Part shown: one piece after another, positions 25,140 to 28,816 of the stretch
Layout: the number at the start of each line of letters is the position of its first letter
Position numbering within the stretch: position 1 is the stretch's first letter
IMG/VR virus record: IMGVR_UViG_3300032212_000117
Span: 1 to 28,816 of that record
Reading direction: 5' to 3' (one strand)
DNA: 28,816 nt
Source: a virus
Lineage: Duplodnaviria > Caudoviricetes
The notes under the pieces: generated by a model
Told to the model about the DNA's origin: nothing
The model's database searches: none
The model's input: only the letters and a program-made list of their open reading frames with translations
Position numbers and translations under genes: made by a program

Positions 25140-25814
25140 TTAGTGGTCATTGCTGGCCACCAGTTTTAGAGGGACAACCTTCTTCGCTCTGCGTGTTTCC
25201 CAGCCTTTCTTGGCAGCCTTGGAGCGTGATTTGCTCTTGATTGGCTTGGCCTTGGTGGGTTGCTTTGCAGGGGTGCCGATACATGCGAAGTAAATCGCAA
25301 GAGCGGCCTGGATGGCTCCCATGATGCCAAACACGAGCATCAAGGGTGCAGATGGTGCCTTAAGGGCTTTCAGGTCACTTTCGGCTTTCTCGACACGTCC
25401 GGTGAGGTTTGTGTTGAGAGTTTCCCAGGTCGAGGCGCGTCGGATCTCTCCGGTAGCGCTTGGCATGGGAAGGGCAGTCAGGTCTGCGCGGGCTTGATCA
25501 AGGCGGGTCTGAGCGGCTGTGACATCCGCTGAAACGGTGAAACCTTTGAAGGTCTCGAAACCTTGAGCGTTCTGGTAGCAGTCACACGCGATGAACACGA
25601 GTGCCGGCAGAACCAGAAACCAATTGCGGCGCAGGTGATACGCAGCGATTGGCCCCATAAGAGAGACGCAGACTGAGCCGATGACGGCAACGGCGACAAT
25701 ATAATCGTGTTGCCCTGAAAGCTCTGAGATCCAGTGAGCGGCAGAGAGTGCCGCGAAGCAAAGAGCAAGAAGACAGGCAATCCCTGTCGTGATAAGTGAA
25801 GACAGCTTCATCAT
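25140..25814 (-). CDS. Multi-pass membrane protein (224 aa), antisense accessory gene; superinfection-exclusion-like position
   Basis: AAAGGAA RBS before ATGATG at 25814; three N-terminal TM segments, a coiled coil, a fourth TM and a very basic tail (RSKAAKKGWETRRAKK); has its own terminator. Confidence 0.8.
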   Translation of the reverse strand: MMKLSSLITTGIACLLALCFAALSAAHWISELSGQHDYIVAVAVIGSVCVSLMGPIAAYHLRRNWFLVLPALVFIACDCYQNAQGFETFKGFTVSADVTAAQTRLDQARADLTALPMPSATGEIRRASTWETLNTNLTGRVEKAESDLKALKAPSAPLMLVFGIMGAIQAALAIYFACIGTPAKQPTKAKPIKSKSRSKAAKKGWETRRAKKVVPLKLVASNDH

Positions 25815-25945
25815 CGGGGTAGTTCCTTTGGTGAAGTCAGCGTCGAGAGGTGGTGAAGACACCTTTCGGCGCGACGTTTTCAAACAGCATTTTTAGGAAA
25901 ATATCGGGGCAACGCGTTGCCGTCCGATGCTTTGAATATAGCAGA

Positions 25946-25975
25946 TTTCGCGAAAATTACGATGTCATTCGCGAA
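25946..25975. promoter_or_regulatory. Pair of palindromic sites (TTTCGCGAAA and TTCGCGAA), putative operator
   Basis: Palindromes at 25946-25955 and 25968-25975, centres 21 bp apart, in an AT-rich divergent intergenic region. Confidence 0.5.
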
Positions 25976-26001
25976 AAAGTGCCGAAAACGGCGATTTTTT
26001 T
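25974..26001 (+). terminator. Weak terminator-like hairpin before the tail-fibre genes
   Basis: AAAAAGT-GCCG-AAAA-CGGC-GATTTTTTT: short GC stem with flanking A and T tracts. Confidence 0.4.
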
Positions 26002-26014
26002 CATTGAGGTGAAT

Positions 26015-26548
26015 ATGTCCGTAAACCTTCGGATTGCTGAGGCGATTCAGAACCAAACGTTGGCGCCATGCAGGGTTGCCGCGACAGATAATCTAACGCT
26101 TGCCGGCCTTCAAACGGTTGCCGGTATTGTGGTGGCTGCGGGCGATCGAGTGCTCGTGCCTGAGCAAACAGATGCCACTGAGAACGGGATTTACGTTGTT
26201 TCAGGCGGCACATGGGTCCGATCATCTGATCTGAATGGGTCGGGGGACTTGAGCACGGGCGCGATTGTCCCGATCTCAGAGGCTCAAGAATTGTGGCAGG
26301 TTTCTTATGCCGGAGCCTTCTCGGCAGGTGTGACTGCATTGACGTGGGTTCGCCTTCTGGCCGCATTGCGCACGCCAGTGACTGCAACAGACCTTGCGGA
26401 CGCGACGCATAGCGTAAACACCACAAACAAGTATGCGGGGCTGACCGTCCCTGACAGCACGAATACTCGCCTGATGATTACCTTCGGTGCGTCGGCGACA
26501 TCACCCTGGTACGTGGCCGATGGATCGGCATCGATCACCCCTTCTTAA
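26015..26548 (+). CDS. Short tail fibre/adapter protein (177 aa)
   Basis: GAGGT RBS before ATG at 26015; N-terminal CRVAATDNLTLAGLQTV...GDRVLV..Q.D..ENGIYV...W.R domain common in phage tail fibres; short C-terminal domain. Confidence 0.8.
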   Translation: MSVNLRIAEAIQNQTLAPCRVAATDNLTLAGLQTVAGIVVAAGDRVLVPEQTDATENGIYVVSGGTWVRSSDLNGSGDLSTGAIVPISEAQELWQVSYAGAFSAGVTALTWVRLLAALRTPVTATDLADATHSVNTTNKYAGLTVPDSTNTRLMITFGASATSPWYVADGSASITPS

Positions 26549-26571
26549 ATTGAACAGCACAGGAGCGCCCC

Positions 26572-28816
26572 ATGGGAGCTATTGAGAGGCTTGCAAAAGC
26601 GGTCCAAGCGAACACGCTTGCGCCTTGCCGAGTTGCGACGACTGAGAATATTACCCTTTCGGGATTGCAATCGGTTGATGGTGTAACCGTCATACCGGGC
26701 GATCGGGTTGCGGCTGTTGCGCAGTCGGACACGACTGAGAACGGGGTCTGGGTTGCTGCGACAGGCGCATGGAGCAGGGCGCCTGATTTCAACGGCACTG
26801 GTTCGATCCTCACCGGTTCCGTGATCGCGGTGTCTGAAGGGACCATCAACCAGCAATCGATGTTTCAGCTCTCTTTCGCGGGATCGTTTGCGCCCGGCTC
26901 ATCGAGCCTCGCTTTCGCACGGATTTACACAGAGGCGATCGATACATCTTGGGATTCCTCTCTCGCTGGATCATTGAGTGCCTACATGGCCGGCGCGCTC
27001 GGCGCTGCGGATCAGGCGGCATTTTTAGCGGCGACAGGTCTTGATGACCTTCTTTCCCAATACAACGGCGTAATCATCGACGTGGTATCCACCACGATCA
27101 TCGACGTTTTTGAAGGCAAGGGCGCTGACAAAGAGTTCACTTGGGTTCGGCGACGCTTTGAGCGCAAGACCAGCACGGCCCTTAATTATGATGTTTGGCT
27201 GATCACGTCTATTCGGGCGGTTGCGCTTCAAACTGACGGAACGTGGAAATATGGCCAGGTTTTGGAGGCGCCGGGCGCGCATGATTTTGCAATCCGTGAA
27301 AATGGCAAAGCGGATTTCATGGGCGGGACAGCCCACGGAAACGAGGTCATTACGGGCTCTGTTGCCTTGGTCGTGGACGGTGAGGCTCAGACGATCACTG
27401 CGGGCGCGCGGTATGTCGGCGATAGCGCTTACCTTGAACAGACCACGATCTTCTATGAATATATCTCAAGCTCGGACTATACCGGCTCTGAATTGGGGCG
27501 CTGCACACGTCGATGGGAGTTCAGGGACGTCACTGATGGCGCTATGCGTCTGCATAACACGGTCAACTGGGATGCAAATCTAAACACGACCATTCCCGGT
27601 TTCAGTGTCGATTTCGCTTATCTGGCCATGTATCCCTATGATGGCACGTTCTTCACCAAGACCAATTGGGAGCCGGGCGGGACGCTTTCGACGCATGGCA
27701 ATGCAAACGTCACCTATCCAGGCACATCCACATGGGATGCAACGTCCATAACCATCCAGAACGATGACAGCTATTCTGTCACGGTTGCGCAGGTCTCTGG
27801 CTGGCCATCTGGCACAGCAACGGGGCGAGACACACTCGTCAGCACAAAGCGTAAGATTTATATGTCCTATCAGGGCCAAGGCTCCGGCAGCCCTGTGACG
27901 GTTGCCGATGGTGAGGCCTGGGCTGTGGTGACTGAATACACGACTTCTGTCCCAACGGTTACAAGCCCCTCGACGTTTGGAGATGCGGGTGTCACGCTGT
28001 CAGAACGGGCACGTGGCCGGCGCACCAGTGCTGGTAATGGCGAAATCATCTTTGAAAGCACGACTTTCACGCCAAGCGACTATTTCAGCGCTGGCGATAT
28101 TGTCACCTTCACACCTTCTGCCGATTTCTCGAACGGCTCTGGTGAAACGGTCAATCTGGCGGGTGAGTACATCATTCAGATTGTCGATGATGGAAACGAC
28201 AAGATTCAAATTCAAGCGCCCGGCGGTGACTGGGACGAGCTGGAAAATGATACTAATTGGACCAATAACGCGACGCCTTACCTTCTGTGTGAGCTGTCCC
28301 TAAATGGCGGGGGAAGCCCTGCGATTTCGAGTGTGGTGGCTGCGCCTGACTTGTCAGTGACCTGCGAGCTTCGCTTTGTGCGTAATTCGAGCGGCAACCT
28401 TGAGGTGCGCTGGCAGAATTACACGCCGGGCCGTGACTTTGATACTGACTTTGATGCGGGTGACACTATCACGGTTGTATCAGACACATACACGAACACG
28501 CTGGATGGATCGACCGAAACGGTCAATTTTTCATTCGATATGGTGATTGGGTCGATTGTCGGCGGCTCTAGCACATTCTATGTGAACCGTTCGTCAATGT
28601 CTGAAGAGTTGGCGGCAGAGGCCGACAAACTAGACGATGGCTGGACCAGTGATGCAACAGTTGGTTATCAGGCCGTGTTGATTAGCTCAGGCGCGGGCTC
28701 AACGGACTGGCAGACGCCTGACTTCAGCCTTGCAGATGACATTTCAACGCGCTGGGTTTTCCCGCCTGACACGGATTATGCGCTGGTTTCGTTCGAGTCT
28801 GACGATGATAGCTCTG
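26572..28816 (+). CDS. Tail fibre / receptor-binding protein, 3' truncated (at least 748 aa); absent from the ORF track
   Basis: AGGAG RBS, ATG at 26572, frame read to the window end with no stop: MGAIERLAKAVQANTLAPCRVATTENITLSGLQSVDG...; N-terminal domain paralogous to 26015-26548; beta-rich T/S/G/D body. Confidence 0.88.
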   Translation, partial: MGAIERLAKAVQANTLAPCRVATTENITLSGLQSVDGVTVIPGDRVAAVAQSDTTENGVWVAATGAWSRAPDFNGTGSILTGSVIAVSEGTINQQSMFQLSFAGSFAPGSSSLAFARIYTEAIDTSWDSSLAGSLSAYMAGALGAADQAAFLAATGLDDLLSQYNGVIIDVVSTTIIDVFEGKGADKEFTWVRRRFERKTSTALNYDVWLITSIRAVALQTDGTWKYGQVLEAPGAHDFAIRENGKADFMGGTAHGNEVITGSVALVVDGEAQTITAGARYVGDSAYLEQTTIFYEYISSSDYTGSELGRCTRRWEFRDVTDGAMRLHNTVNWDANLNTTIPGFSVDFAYLAMYPYDGTFFTKTNWEPGGTLSTHGNANVTYPGTSTWDATSITIQNDDSYSVTVAQVSGWPSGTATGRDTLVSTKRKIYMSYQGQGSGSPVTVADGEAWAVVTEYTTSVPTVTSPSTFGDAGVTLSERARGRRTSAGNGEIIFESTTFTPSDYFSAGDIVTFTPSADFSNGSGETVNLAGEYIIQIVDDGNDKIQIQAPGGDWDELENDTNWTNNATPYLLCELSLNGGGSPAISSVVAAPDLSVTCELRFVRNSSGNLEVRWQNYTPGRDFDTDFDAGDTITVVSDTYTNTLDGSTETVNFSFDMVIGSIVGGSSTFYVNRSSMSEELAAEADKLDDGWTSDATVGYQAVLISSGAGSTDWQTPDFSLADDISTRWVFPPDTDYALVSFESDDDSS

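Noticed and set aside
530-25150. Numerous long minus-strand ORFs (e.g. 3632-4333, 4889-5548, 6048-6749, 20897-21511, 24566-25150)
   Set aside because: Antisense shadows of well-supported + strand genes, with no recognisable motifs.
25815-26014. Longer starts at 25883 (-) and 25850 (+) given in the track
   Set aside because: They overlap each other and cross the regulatory region; good RBSs support 25814 and 26015 instead.
26015-28816. Diversity-generating retroelement, considered because of the BPP-1-like gene order
   Set aside because: No reverse transcriptase and no adenine-specific TR/VR repeat pair within the window; cannot be excluded beyond the right edge.
1-28816. tRNA, rRNA, CRISPR array, IS element, integrase/att site
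   Set aside because: None recognised; the few intergenic gaps are short and explained by hairpins or regulatory sequence. Whether this is a prophage or a free phage cannot be determined from this window.

Overview
This window is the packaging and virion module of a podovirus-type phage or prophage with a BPP-1/epsilon15/T7-like gene order. On the + strand the order is: the tail end of a beta-rich gene, a small beta-sandwich protein, TerS, TerL, an inserted lipoprotein, portal, scaffold, major capsid, a cement-like protein, tail adaptor, tail nozzle, a GNAT-like gp13-type protein, three ejection proteins and two tail-fibre genes (the last runs off the window and is missing from the ORF track). 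The main oddity is the 3663-aa last ejection protein. About half of it (about 15893-21505) is an array of five cargo modules, each ending in a hydrophobic-x-Gln motif (three are exactly LFQ), placed directly before an HExxH metallopeptidase. The cargo includes an ADP-ribosyltransferase-like domain, a GNAT-like domain, two diverged copies of a 'DExQSD' module (one with a very acidic insert) and what looks like a real gene nested in the +1 frame. Also notable: the tail adaptor is a fused tandem dimer, and two antisense membrane-protein genes flank the giant gene. All family assignments come from motif recognition and synteny by eye; no database searches were run. No tRNA, rRNA, CRISPR array, integrase or lysis genes were seen.
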